The notes under the pieces were generated by a model that saw nothing but the letters and a program-made list of their open reading frames with translations, ran no database searches and was not told the DNA's origin. DNA of 64,000 nucleotides from Deltaproteobacteria bacterium (GTDB lineage Bacteria; Myxococcota; Kuafuiibacteriia; Kuafuiibacteriales; Kuafuiibacteriaceae): contig JAVJQW010000011.1 in the NCBI GenBank assembly GCA_040218735.1, positions 224,001 to 288,000 of the forward strand. The letters are read 5' to 3'. Below, piece after piece: positions 7,747 through 16,865 of this stretch (the stretch's first letter is position 1; every line of letters begins with the position of its first letter). A program made the position numbers and the translations under genes.

Positions 7747-9521
7747 ACCGACTGAGTAACGCCGAAGCGGAGCGTGAAGGAAGCCCCACCCTCCGGATGG
7801 TCGCGGTACGACAGCTGCGCGCCCATGTCCTTCGCGAGCCGCTGCGACAACGCGAGCCCGAGCCCCACCCCCGGCGCCGACATCGCCGCGCGCTGCGCCG
7901 ACTTCGAAAACGCCGAGAACAACGAACGCCGCTCCTCGCCGTGGACGCCCGGCCCGTGATCCCACACCTCCACGAACACGTGGCGCGCGTCACCGCGCAC
8001 CTCGACGTGCAGCCGTTTGTCCTCCGCCTTCGCCGCGTACTTGCACGCGTTGTCGACGAGGTTGAAGAGGATCTGCTCCACCGCGGCCGGGTCGGCGCGC
8101 ACCGCGCAGTCCGACTCCGCCGGCGCGTACTCGATCGTCATCTTCGCCTGCGCCGCGCGTTCCTCGAGGCGCTCCAACATGCGCGCGAGGAGCTCGTCGG
8201 TGGTGATCGTCTCCACGCGCGACGTCGCGCTCCCGCGCTCGATGCGCGCGTACGCCAAAACGTTCTCGACGAGGTGCGCGAGTCGAATCGCCTCGCGCCG
8301 CAGCGTATCGAGGTAGCGCCGCTGCTTCTTCTCGTCCTTCACCTTCCCGTCGGAGAGCATCTCCGTGTACATCCGAAACGTCGTCAGCGGTGTCCGCAGC
8401 TCGTGGGTCACCGCGGACACGAACACCGCGCGCCGCTCCGACAGCGACATCGCGCCGACCACCAGCACCACCATCGCCGCGCCCGCCAACAAGAACCCCA
8501 TCCACACCGCCGCGAGCGACAACAGGGTCGACAGCGACGTCTCGATGCGCTCGTACGGCAGCGGCCCCGGCTCCAGCCGCACCGGGAGCGACGCGAGCAG
8601 ATTGAGCGACTCCACGGTATCGCCGCGAACGGGCTCCAGCTCCGCCGACGGCAGCAGGTCTTCCACGACGTCGCGGAGCGCAGCGTTCATCGCCGGCCAG
8701 TCCAACCAGATGCCCTGCACGTAGGTCTGCTGCCCGACCTGCACGCGCCGCGCGAGCACCAGCTCACCGTCGATCCACACCGGCAACAGCGCGTGCTCCG
8801 CGAGCGCCTTCGACAGACCACCGCGCTCGCCCAGCATTTCGTTGGCGACGCCGAGGTTGTTCGCCGCGTTGTATGTCGAGGCCTGCTGCACGGAGCGCGT
8901 GCGCTGCCAGTACTCCCCGACGTTCTTCACCTTCGACCGCAGCGCGTAGGAGCTCGACGACGGCGCGGGCGGCGGCACCTTCTCCACCGTCTGGTCGCGC
9001 GCCTCGTCGAGCGCGGCGAGTAAGGTCCCGCGCTTCACGAGCTTCTCGAGCCGCTGCCGTTGCTCCTCCGCCTCCTCGATCGCGCCCTCCCCCACGAGCT
9101 GTCGCGCGCGTCGTTCGAAGAGCTCCGGCGGCACCTGCGGCGAGCTCAACACGTCGGCGCGCGGCGCGTACTGGAAGTGCAGCCGCACGTACTTCGGACG
9201 CGCGAGCAGCAGCGGCGACGCCTGCACCGGCTCGTTCGCGCTGAGGTTGTCGACCATCGACGCGTACGAACGCTCCAACGATCGGAACGCCGCGTAGTCG
9301 AAGTACGGGCGCGCGTTCTCCGTCGCGATCAACGTCGCGACCTCCGAGTCGAGGCGCCACAACGCGAGCCGCACGTTCTCCTCGAGCACCGCCTCACGGC
9401 GCGCGAGGGCCTCGGCGTGGTCGCGATCGACGACGGTCCAGGACAGCCACGTCGCGCCGAGCCCGGCGAGGAGGAGGCACGCGGCGAACAGCGCGTACAC
9501 GATGGCGGGTCGTCGGGTCAT
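7743..9521 (-). CDS. Membrane sensor histidine kinase (HisKA + HATPase_c)
   Basis: Two TM segments, H-box VTHELRTPLT, N-box NLVDNACKY, DHGPG, GVGLGL. ATG overlaps the regulator stop. Confidence 0.95.
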   Translation of the reverse strand: MTRRPAIVYALFAACLLLAGLGATWLSWTVVDRDHAEALARREAVLEENVRLALWRLDSEVATLIATENARPYFDYAAFRSLERSYASMVDNLSANEPVQASPLLLARPKYVRLHFQYAPRADVLSSPQVPPELFERRARQLVGEGAIEEAEEQRQRLEKLVKRGTLLAALDEARDQTVEKVPPPAPSSSSYALRSKVKNVGEYWQRTRSVQQASTYNAANNLGVANEMLGERGGLSKALAEHALLPVWIDGELVLARRVQVGQQTYVQGIWLDWPAMNAALRDVVEDLLPSAELEPVRGDTVESLNLLASLPVRLEPGPLPYERIETSLSTLLSLAAVWMGFLLAGAAMVVLVVGAMSLSERRAVFVSAVTHELRTPLTTFRMYTEMLSDGKVKDEKKQRRYLDTLRREAIRLAHLVENVLAYARIERGSATSRVETITTDELLARMLERLEERAAQAKMTIEYAPAESDCAVRADPAAVEQILFNLVDNACKYAAKAEDKRLHVEVRGDARHVFVEVWDHGPGVHGEERRSLFSAFSKSAQRAAMSAPGVGLGLALSQRLAKDMGAQLSYRDHPEGGASFTLRFGVTQSV

Positions 9522-10216
9522 TCGCTCCTCTTGAACACGTAGCCGCGGCCACGCACGGTCTGGATGAGGGGTTGGTCGGGATCCTCGTCGCGCAGTTTGT
9601 CGCGGAGGCGTCCGACGTGGACGTCGATCGTTCGGGTGCGCACACCCGCCGACGGGATGCGCCACACGCGCTCGAGCAGCTCGTCGCGCGAAATGACGCG
9701 GCCGGCGTTGTTCGACAGGTACCTGAGCAGCGACACCTCGCGCTCGGAGAGCTCCACGCGATCACCGTCGTCGTAGCGGATCTCGTTCTTGGCGAGGTCG
9801 GCGGTGCCGCCGGGGAACGTGACTTCTGCGACGTCGGTCGGGCGCTCGGCGGAGCGGCGCAGGACGGCCTCCACGCGTGCGACGAGCTCCTTGAGCGAGA
9901 ACGGTTTGAGCACGTAGTCGTCTGCGCCGAGCTTCAGGCCGGTGACGCGGTCATCCTCCTGTCCGAGGGCGGTGAGGATGATGACCGGGAGGGTGGGCCG
10001 GGTGGAGCGGATCGTCTTCAGCACGTCGAGTCCGCTTCCACCCGGGAGGACGAGGTCCAGGAGCACGAGGTCCACGTCGGTCGAGACGGCGGCGCGGTTC
10101 GCATCCTCGAAGGTTCCGGCTTCGAACGTTTGGTAACCTTCGAAGTCCATCGCGTCGACGAGCCCCTCACGGACGGCTTCGTCGTCTTCCACCACGAGGA
10201 TGCGCTTCCTTGCCAT
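9518..10216 (-). CDS. OmpR/PhoB-family response regulator
   Basis: VVEDD, LLDLVLP, GADDYVLKPF, and the winged helix RTIDVHVGRLRDKL...TVRGRGY. Confidence 0.96.
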   Translation of the reverse strand: MARKRILVVEDDEAVREGLVDAMDFEGYQTFEAGTFEDANRAAVSTDVDLVLLDLVLPGGSGLDVLKTIRSTRPTLPVIILTALGQEDDRVTGLKLGADDYVLKPFSLKELVARVEAVLRRSAERPTDVAEVTFPGGTADLAKNEIRYDDGDRVELSEREVSLLRYLSNNAGRVISRDELLERVWRIPSAGVRTRTIDVHVGRLRDKLRDEDPDQPLIQTVRGRGYVFKRSE

Positions 10217-10228
10217 GACCGCCGCACT

Positions 10229-11425
10229 CTACTCGAAGGAGAGGCCCTTCGCCCCCGCCAGCTTCTTCACGGCGCCGAGCATCGCGACGTCGAGCGAGTC
10301 TTCCTGGCCGAGCTTCTTGCGCTCCGCCGCGACGAACGCCTCACGCTCCTTGGTCAGGTCGCGGATGCGCTTCTTCATCGTGTCGCGCTCCGCCTTCTTC
10401 GCCGCCACGTACGCGGCGCGCTCGCCCTTGGTCATGCCCTTCATGGCCGCGGGGAGGCCCGTCTCCTTCAGGTCGTCGAGCTTCACGCGGCCCTGGTCGA
10501 GCGCGTCGACCAGCTCCCAGCTGTCGTTTCGGTAGTTCGCCGAGGCCTTGAAGCTACCGCGGGTCGCGAGGTTCGCGAGGCCGTAGCCGCTGGAGTTCGC
10601 GTCCTGCGCGGCCTGGCGCTGAAAGCCCGCCGCACCCTCGACGCCGTACGGGATGTACGTGCCGTTGATGGCGGTGTTGAGCTTCGCGAGCTCCGCGTCC
10701 TGCGGCGCGGCGATCTGCGCGACGGCCTGGTTGTGATCGATCGTCAGGTAGAAGCCCCCCGCGAGCATCGCCGCCGTCTGCCAGCCCTGCGCGATGCCGG
10801 CCTGCTCGGCGCCGCAGAAGATCGGGTTCACGGTCACGCCCTGCTTCTTGGCGAGCGCGATGGCCTCCGCGGAGGCGACCGGGCCCTGGTTGAAGCCCTC
10901 GTTACCGGCGACGAAGATCAGCTTGAGCGCGTCCTCGTCTTCGGACCACGGCAGCGCGACCAGCGCGTTTCGAATCGCAAGGCCGGCGTACTCCTGGCCG
11001 CCGTTCGTCCGCAGCGCGAAGAGGGCTTCCGAGACGCGGTCGATTTCGCCGGTGAGCCCGACGACCTGGCGGATGTAACCCTCACCGGCCGGGAGGCCGT
11101 CGTTGCCGTATTCGTAAAGCGCGAGCTGGAGGCGCGGCGCCTTGCCGTTGCGCTTGCCTTCCGAGAGCTGGCCGACGATGCGCCACAGCTCGGAGCGCGC
11201 CTGGTCGATGAGGCCGTCCATGCTGCTGCTGGTGTCGAGCAGGAGCGCGACCTGCACGAGCGGGCGCTCGGCGTCGGTGACGGGCTTCACATCCGTGACG
11301 TGGATCGGGTGGGGGTTGGGGGGATTCGGTGCGGGGGTGTTCGGCTTCTCCGGGACGATCGCGGCGATCGCGACCATGCCGAGTGCGGCGGCGAAGAGTC
11401 CGAGGGTCTTGTGTTTGGCTTGCAT
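10229..11425 (-). CDS. Exported vWA-domain protein
   Basis: N-terminal hydrophobic segment, MIDAS motif DTSSSM, TNGGQE, IFVAGNE. Confidence 0.85.
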   Translation of the reverse strand: MQAKHKTLGLFAAALGMVAIAAIVPEKPNTPAPNPPNPHPIHVTDVKPVTDAERPLVQVALLLDTSSSMDGLIDQARSELWRIVGQLSEGKRNGKAPRLQLALYEYGNDGLPAGEGYIRQVVGLTGEIDRVSEALFALRTNGGQEYAGLAIRNALVALPWSEDEDALKLIFVAGNEGFNQGPVASAEAIALAKKQGVTVNPIFCGAEQAGIAQGWQTAAMLAGGFYLTIDHNQAVAQIAAPQDAELAKLNTAINGTYIPYGVEGAAGFQRQAAQDANSSGYGLANLATRGSFKASANYRNDSWELVDALDQGRVKLDDLKETGLPAAMKGMTKGERAAYVAAKKAERDTMKKRIRDLTKEREAFVAAERKKLGQEDSLDVAMLGAVKKLAGAKGLSFE

Positions 11426-11475
11426 GGGTTGGTTGCTCCTTCACCAACACAGTACGGACGGGCGCGACGTTCGTG

Positions 11476-11491
11476 TGTAACGCGCCTGTAA
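11476..11491 (-). promoter_or_regulatory. Putative OmpR/PhoB-type tandem binding site (TGTAA-N6-TGTAA)
   Basis: Direct repeat at 11-bp spacing in the divergent vWA/lspA intergenic region. Confidence 0.45.
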
Positions 11492-11509
11492 AGGGGTAAG
11501 CTCGGCGAG

Positions 11510-12016
11510 ATGCGTCGCCTGCTCACGTTCCTCGTCCTCTCCATCGCTTGTATCGGCTGTGACCAAGGCACGAAGCACATCGCGGCTTCGTCCCTACGCG
11601 GGCGGCCGACGATGTCGTTCCTCGCGGACACGTTCCGACTTCAGTACGCCGAGAACCCGGGCGCGTTCCTCGGCCTGGGATCGTCGATGCCGGAGGGCTG
11701 GCGCTTCGCGATCTTCGTCGCGGGGAGCGGGCTGCTCGTGCTCGGGACGATCGCCTTCATGTTCGCGCGACGAAACCTGGCGCGATCTCAGTTCATCGCG
11801 CTGACGCTGCTCGCGGCCGGGGGGATCGGCAACCTCATCGATCGCTTCGTCGGCGACGGGCGCGTGATCGACTTCATGAACGTCGGCGTCGGGCCGGTGC
11901 GCACGGGGATCTTCAACGTCGCGGACATCGCGATCATGGGCGGGATGTTGTGGATGCTGGTCGTGGGGTGGCGAGAAGACTCTAGAAACGCCAACCCACC
12001 TGCGCCGAGCCCGTGA
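11510..12016 (+). CDS. lspA: Lipoprotein signal peptidase II
   Basis: DQGTK, NPGAFLG, GNLIDR, VIDF and FNVAD catalytic motifs. Confidence 0.95.
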   Translation: MRRLLTFLVLSIACIGCDQGTKHIAASSLRGRPTMSFLADTFRLQYAENPGAFLGLGSSMPEGWRFAIFVAGSGLLVLGTIAFMFARRNLARSQFIALTLLAAGGIGNLIDRFVGDGRVIDFMNVGVGPVRTGIFNVADIAIMGGMLWMLVVGWREDSRNANPPAPSP

Positions 12017-12983
12017 CGCGTTCGGCGGCGAAGGTCTCTTCGGCTTCGACGAAGACGATCTCGTCGTCACCCTCGACCTGGTAGCGCGCGAACTCGAACG
12101 GGTACGCGGAGACTTCGACGCCTACGAAGAAGCTACCGATGTGCCAGTTGAAGCCCGCGCCGACCTTCACGTAGCCGGCGCCGCCCTGTACGTCCGCGTC
12201 TTCGTAGAGGATGTCGTAGCCGAAGTGCGACGCGCCGCCGAGGATGTAGGGGTCGAAGCTCGAGCGCGGGTTCAGGTGGATCGTCAGCGCCGCCTCCATC
12301 AGGTGCGCGATCGCGTCGCGCACTTCACCGGCGCGGTTCGGATTCGCCCACGCCGAGCCGTCGACACGATCGAACCTGACCTCCTGCCGGCTGCGACGAC
12401 GGCGACCGCCCTCGTCGAAGTCGGAGATGCCGTAGGTGCCGATGGCGCCGGAGAGGCGGAGGCCGATGACGTCGGTCATGTAGACCTCCGCGCCGAGCCC
12501 GCCGAAGCCGCCGGACGTGTGGCCGATCAGGTTGCCGAAGAGCATCAGGTCCGCCTGCCCAGGTTCGTCGTCGCCGAACCAGGAGAAGGAATCCCACTCC
12601 TCCTCGGCGGTGCCCGCGGGCGGCGCAGCGGGAGGCGCCGGCGGCGTCCGCGGAGCCACGGGGGGCGGCGGTGCTGCGGGCGCCGGCGGAGCCGCGGGGG
12701 GCTCGGTCTTCTGCTCGCCGCCGACCACGACGACGTTCACGATCTGGTTGTTCTTGTCGGAGGTCTGGACGTGGACCTTGCCGTGTTTGGCCTCTTCGCG
12801 CTCGAGCGCTTCGAACGCCTCGGCGGCGCGTCCGCGCACGGTGGCGGGCTTGGGATCCTCTTCGTCGTCGAAGAAGTCGTCCTCGTCCTCGACGAGGATC
12901 TTCACCTTCGGCGGCGCCGCAACGAGCGACGTCGAGAGGGCAGTGAACGTGATGAGGGTGGAGGTGAAGAGGAGAATCTTCAT
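11982..12983 (-). CDS. Secreted protein with Pro-rich linker and C-terminal beta-barrel-like domain
   Basis: Signal peptide MKILLFTSTL..., PAAPP linker, FDPYILGG strand, C-terminal GWRF. Confidence 0.65.
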   Translation of the reverse strand: MKILLFTSTLITFTALSTSLVAAPPKVKILVEDEDDFFDDEEDPKPATVRGRAAEAFEALEREEAKHGKVHVQTSDKNNQIVNVVVVGGEQKTEPPAAPPAPAAPPPPVAPRTPPAPPAAPPAGTAEEEWDSFSWFGDDEPGQADLMLFGNLIGHTSGGFGGLGAEVYMTDVIGLRLSGAIGTYGISDFDEGGRRRRSRQEVRFDRVDGSAWANPNRAGEVRDAIAHLMEAALTIHLNPRSSFDPYILGGASHFGYDILYEDADVQGGAGYVKVGAGFNWHIGSFFVGVEVSAYPFEFARYQVEGDDEIVFVEAEETFAAERVTGSAQVGWRF

Positions 12984-13960
12984 CGTCGCGCTCCCTTTTG
13001 GAGGTTGGGGTCGATGGAGAACCCACTCGCGAGCGAGCGGGCGATCTGGTCCGAGAACTGTTTCTGTTGGAAGGCCGTGGCGCGATCGGTGTCGAGGCGG
13101 CTCTCGATGGCGAACAGCCAGGCGCCGCGCTGCCACAACATGACGTAGCGACCGCGCGACTCGAAGAAGCGGTGCGCGCCTTCGCCGTGGTTCATCCCGA
13201 TGGAGAGCCCCGTCGGGACGGCGCGCGTCGCGTCGACGATCTGCCCGAAGAGCATCGCGGACGCCTCCGGCTTCACGAGGTGCACGCCGCTCACGCGCAC
13301 TCGCCCGCGGGCGCCGCGGTAGCTGCGCTGGAACGCGCCACGGATTGCGTCGTGCGCGAGCGACACGCGCGACACACCTCCGATGTCCATCGAGGGCGGG
13401 TCCTCGACGAACTTGCCGAGCCGGAGCCCGAGCCCGGGCGCCCAGCCGCGGAGGTCCGGCACCTCGACGCCGGCCGCCGGGACGGGCCGCTCGAACGGGA
13501 GCACCGCCTTGATCAGCGCGACCGAAGACGTCGAAACCGGCTCCGCGGAGAGCACGACCTTCGTCGCGCCCTGCCCCACGAACACCGGCGCCTTCGGGTC
13601 GGCGCGCTCACCGTCGGGGCCGAAGAACTCGGCGCCGCGAAGCTCGACGGTGGGCGGGAGGACCGCCCCGGCCGACAGGTGCAACGCACCGCCGGTGAGC
13701 GTGATCGACCCAAGGATCACGCCGCTCGGCCGGAGGACCACCTCGGAGTCGACGGCGTACACGTCGCCGCGCACGACGCCCTCGATTGCCACGCGCCCGT
13801 CGATGACCAAGAGGTCCCCGACCGCGCGTTCGAGCTCGATGGTCTTCTTCTCACCGGCGACGGTGAGGGCACCCGGCCCTACGGCCTCCGCGGTGAAGGC
13901 GAGGGAGGGCGCGAGCACCGCGAAGACCGTAAGGGCCGAAAATGCCGACAACTTCCTCAA
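12980..13960 (-). CDS. Secreted hypothetical protein with bactofilin-like/beta-helical N-terminal repeats
   Basis: Signal peptide and GDLLVIDG/GDVYAVDS/GSITLTGG repeats. Its stop overlaps the next ATG. TTG start with AGGGGG upstream. Confidence 0.55.
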   Translation of the reverse strand: MRKLSAFSALTVFAVLAPSLAFTAEAVGPGALTVAGEKKTIELERAVGDLLVIDGRVAIEGVVRGDVYAVDSEVVLRPSGVILGSITLTGGALHLSAGAVLPPTVELRGAEFFGPDGERADPKAPVFVGQGATKVVLSAEPVSTSSVALIKAVLPFERPVPAAGVEVPDLRGWAPGLGLRLGKFVEDPPSMDIGGVSRVSLAHDAIRGAFQRSYRGARGRVRVSGVHLVKPEASAMLFGQIVDATRAVPTGLSIGMNHGEGAHRFFESRGRYVMLWQRGAWLFAIESRLDTDRATAFQQKQFSDQIARSLASGFSIDPNLQKGARR

Positions 13961-14022
13961 GACGCCCCCTTTCGTTGCGGGGCGCCGGCGTTTTTATGAA
14001 ACGAAAGCTCGGGAGCCTCGAA

Positions 14023-14478
14023 TCACTCGACGCGGGCCAGCTTGCGCAGGTCCGAGGCCGCCTCGGGGAGGCGGTCGAAGTCCGGGTTCGAGGGGCCGAC
14101 CGACGACACGACCCAGCGCGCATCACCCGCGGTCAACGCGAGCGTGCGGTGGCTGGTCATGTGCCGGACGCTCCGGGTCTCGGTGTCCTTCACCTCGACG
14201 CGGAGGCCGACGAGCGGCACCCGGAACGGACGGCTCTTCCGCCGGAAGTCGATCACGAGGCCGGCCGAGAGCGCCGTCGCGATCGCGACGATGATCGCCA
14301 ACGTGAACCACCGGGGCGCGTCCGGCCCGACCCACCCGTAGGGGACCGAGGCGAACACACCGAACGCCCAGATCGCGACGAGCAGGCACATCACGTTCCG
14401 CTTCGAGCCCCGCGTCACCACCAGGTGGTCGTCGTCGACCGCGAACCGGGTGTCCAGGAGCGTCGGGAGCATCGTCAT
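14023..14478 (-). CDS. Hypothetical membrane protein (2 TM)
   Basis: Two hydrophobic helices. Start uncertain (GTG 14517 is possible). Confidence 0.55.
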   Translation of the reverse strand: MTMLPTLLDTRFAVDDDHLVVTRGSKRNVMCLLVAIWAFGVFASVPYGWVGPDAPRWFTLAIIVAIATALSAGLVIDFRRKSRPFRVPLVGLRVEVKDTETRSVRHMTSHRTLALTAGDARWVVSSVGPSNPDFDRLPEAASDLRKLARVE

Positions 14479-14547
14479 CGCAAAGAGAAACGTAGATCCC
14501 GGCGGCGCGGGGTCCACGGGAATCGGACCGCGCGATGACGATAGCGT

Positions 14548-15654
14548 TCAGCCGACGCCGAGCATGGTGTGGTCGAGGATGTCGTCGACGACCCGCTTCA
14601 TGTCGCCGGTCTCGTCGTAGACCTCGAGCTGGCGGTCTGCGCTGGTGCCCTCGCGGCAGATGCGTCGGATACCTTCGAGCGCGTCGCGGGAGTCGAGGTC
14701 ATCGACGACGTCGTCCACGAAGTCGAGCATCTCGTCCATGAGCTGCCCGAACGGCTGCTGCGTCTGTTTGCCGAAGTCGATCAACGTGCCCTTCACGCCG
14801 TAGCGCGCGGCGCGCCACTTGTTCTCGTCCATGAAACCTTCGCGGTGCATCTGGAACGAGAGGTTCTGGCGACGCAGCTTGGTGAGCTTCGCGACGATCG
14901 CCTGCACGAGCGCGGCGATCGCGATGACGTCGTCGACCCGCGTGGGGAGATCGCAGATGCGGAACTCGAGCGTGCTGAACGTGGGGTGCGGCCGGATGTC
15001 CCACCAGATGCGTCGTGCGTTGTCGATGCAGCCGGTCTTCACGAGCGTCTGGATGTAGTGCTCGTAGTCCGCGTACGTCTCGAAGCGCGTGGGGATGCCG
15101 GTGCGCGGGAGGCGCTTGAAGATCAGCGTGCGCGTGGAGCGCAGCCCGGTGCCGCGGCCGTTGAAAAACGGCGACGACGTCGACAGCGCGAGCAGGTGCG
15201 GCAGGAAGTAACGCGCCGAGTTGTAGACGGCGATGGCCTCCTCGCGATCCGGCACGCAGACGTGCACGTGCATCCCGAAGATGAGGTTCGCGCGGGCGAC
15301 GTCCTGCAGGTCATCGACGATCTCGTGGTAGCGCAGGTCTTCGCTGATGTTCTGGTCCTGCCACAGTGAGATGGGGTGCGTGCTCGCCGCGGCGATGCGC
15401 ATGCCGATGCGCCCCGCGATCGCCACTGCGGCGCGACGGTTCTTGATGACGTCGCGCCGCGCCTCGTGCACGTCGCCGCAGACGCCCGTCGCGACCTCGA
15501 CGACCGACTGGTGAAGCTCCTTCTGCAGCTCCACCTCGTCGATCGGCGTGCGCGCCTCCATCAGCTGGGAGATCAGACTCGACAGCTCCCGGGTCTCGGG
15601 GTCGACGATCTGGTACTCCTCCTCGATACCGAGGGTGAACTCGCGGTCGGGCAT
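14548..15654 (-). CDS. ybdK: Carboxylate-amine ligase (YbdK / glutamate-cysteine ligase 2 family)
   Basis: FTLGIEEE, FGMHVHV, LALSTSSPF, WWDIRP, TLEFRICD and ENKWRAARYG motifs. Confidence 0.9.
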   Translation of the reverse strand: MPDREFTLGIEEEYQIVDPETRELSSLISQLMEARTPIDEVELQKELHQSVVEVATGVCGDVHEARRDVIKNRRAAVAIAGRIGMRIAAASTHPISLWQDQNISEDLRYHEIVDDLQDVARANLIFGMHVHVCVPDREEAIAVYNSARYFLPHLLALSTSSPFFNGRGTGLRSTRTLIFKRLPRTGIPTRFETYADYEHYIQTLVKTGCIDNARRIWWDIRPHPTFSTLEFRICDLPTRVDDVIAIAALVQAIVAKLTKLRRQNLSFQMHREGFMDENKWRAARYGVKGTLIDFGKQTQQPFGQLMDEMLDFVDDVVDDLDSRDALEGIRRICREGTSADRQLEVYDETGDMKRVVDDILDHTMLGVG

Positions 15655-16793
15655 GCGCGACAGGAGGATAACTGGATTCGGACTTTCGAGCAGGGGGCTG
15701 GCCCTCGTCGCCCTCCTCTGTCCCGCCGTCGCCCACGGGCAGCTCACGGGAGACTGGGGCGGCCACCCGCACCGCACTGGCCGAGTCCGGCCTGACGCTC
15801 GAGGTCGAGTACTTCGGCGACGTGATGGCTGCGGCGGCGGGTGGTGTCGAGCGGGGCGCGGACCTGATCGGGGCCGTCGATGTCGTCGTCGGCGCCAACC
15901 TGGAGCGCCTCTTGGGCTGGTCCGGGGGCCGCTTGCTCGTCGATCTGCTCGGGATCCACGGTACGGCGTTCTCGCGGCGGATTGGCGACGTTCAGGTCAC
16001 CGACAACATCGAGGCGCCGCCGACGGTGACGCTCTACCGTGCGTACCTCGAGCAGCGTCTCCTGAACGACCGCCTCCGAATCGCCGCGGGCGTCTACGCC
16101 GTCGACTGGGAGTTCGATATCGCGCCGTCCGGGGATCTGTTCGTCCACAGCTCGTTCGGCACGGGCGGTGACCTCGGCAACGCAGGCCGCGGGGGCGCGT
16201 CGATCTACCCGGCGAGCGGGCTCGGCCTTCGGGTCTTGGTCGAACCCGTCGCGGGCTTCACGTTCCGCGCGGCGGTCACGGACGGCGTGCCACGTGAGAC
16301 CACCGACCCGTGCTGCGTGCACGTGTCCTTGTCCCGCGACGACGGCGCCTTCGTGATCGCCGAGGCCGCCTACGACGACGAGCGTGTGAAGGTGGCGGTC
16401 GGAGCGTGGCGCTTCACGACGCGCTTCGAAGAGCGGCGCGGCACCAGCGGCGTCTATGCGCTCGCGCAGGTCCCGGTCGCGGATCAATGGGGAGCCTTCG
16501 TCCGCGCGGGCGCCGCAGAGCCGGTCGGCAACCTCGTCGACATCTACATCGGCGGCGCGGTGGTGGGGCGCAACCTCGTCTTCGACGAGGATCGCATCGG
16601 CGCGGGGGTCGCCTCCGCGCGTCCCGTCGGACGGGCGCGCTGGGAGACGGCCTTCGAGCTGACTTGGCTCGTCCCGATCGTCCGGGGCTTCGGGCTGCAA
16701 CCTGTCTTGCAAGCCGTGACGAACCCGGGGTTCGCGCCCGTCGGCACGCGCGCCGCGCTGGTCGTCGGGGCCCGTGGGATCGTGTCGCTGTGA
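15653..16793 (+). pseudogene. OprB-family carbohydrate porin interrupted by a +1 frameshift (pseudogene or sequencing error)
   Basis: Signal peptide and LTGDWGG are in one frame. After one extra base near 15764 the protein continues TRTALAESGLTLEVEY...DNIEAP...FVHSSFG...ETAFELTW...LQP in another frame. Confidence 0.75.
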
Positions 16794-16865
16794 ACAGCGT
16801 GCTGGACCTGCGAAGGACGTCGGCCTCGTCGACGGGGACGAACGCCGCCTCGTCGAGTGGGCGCG

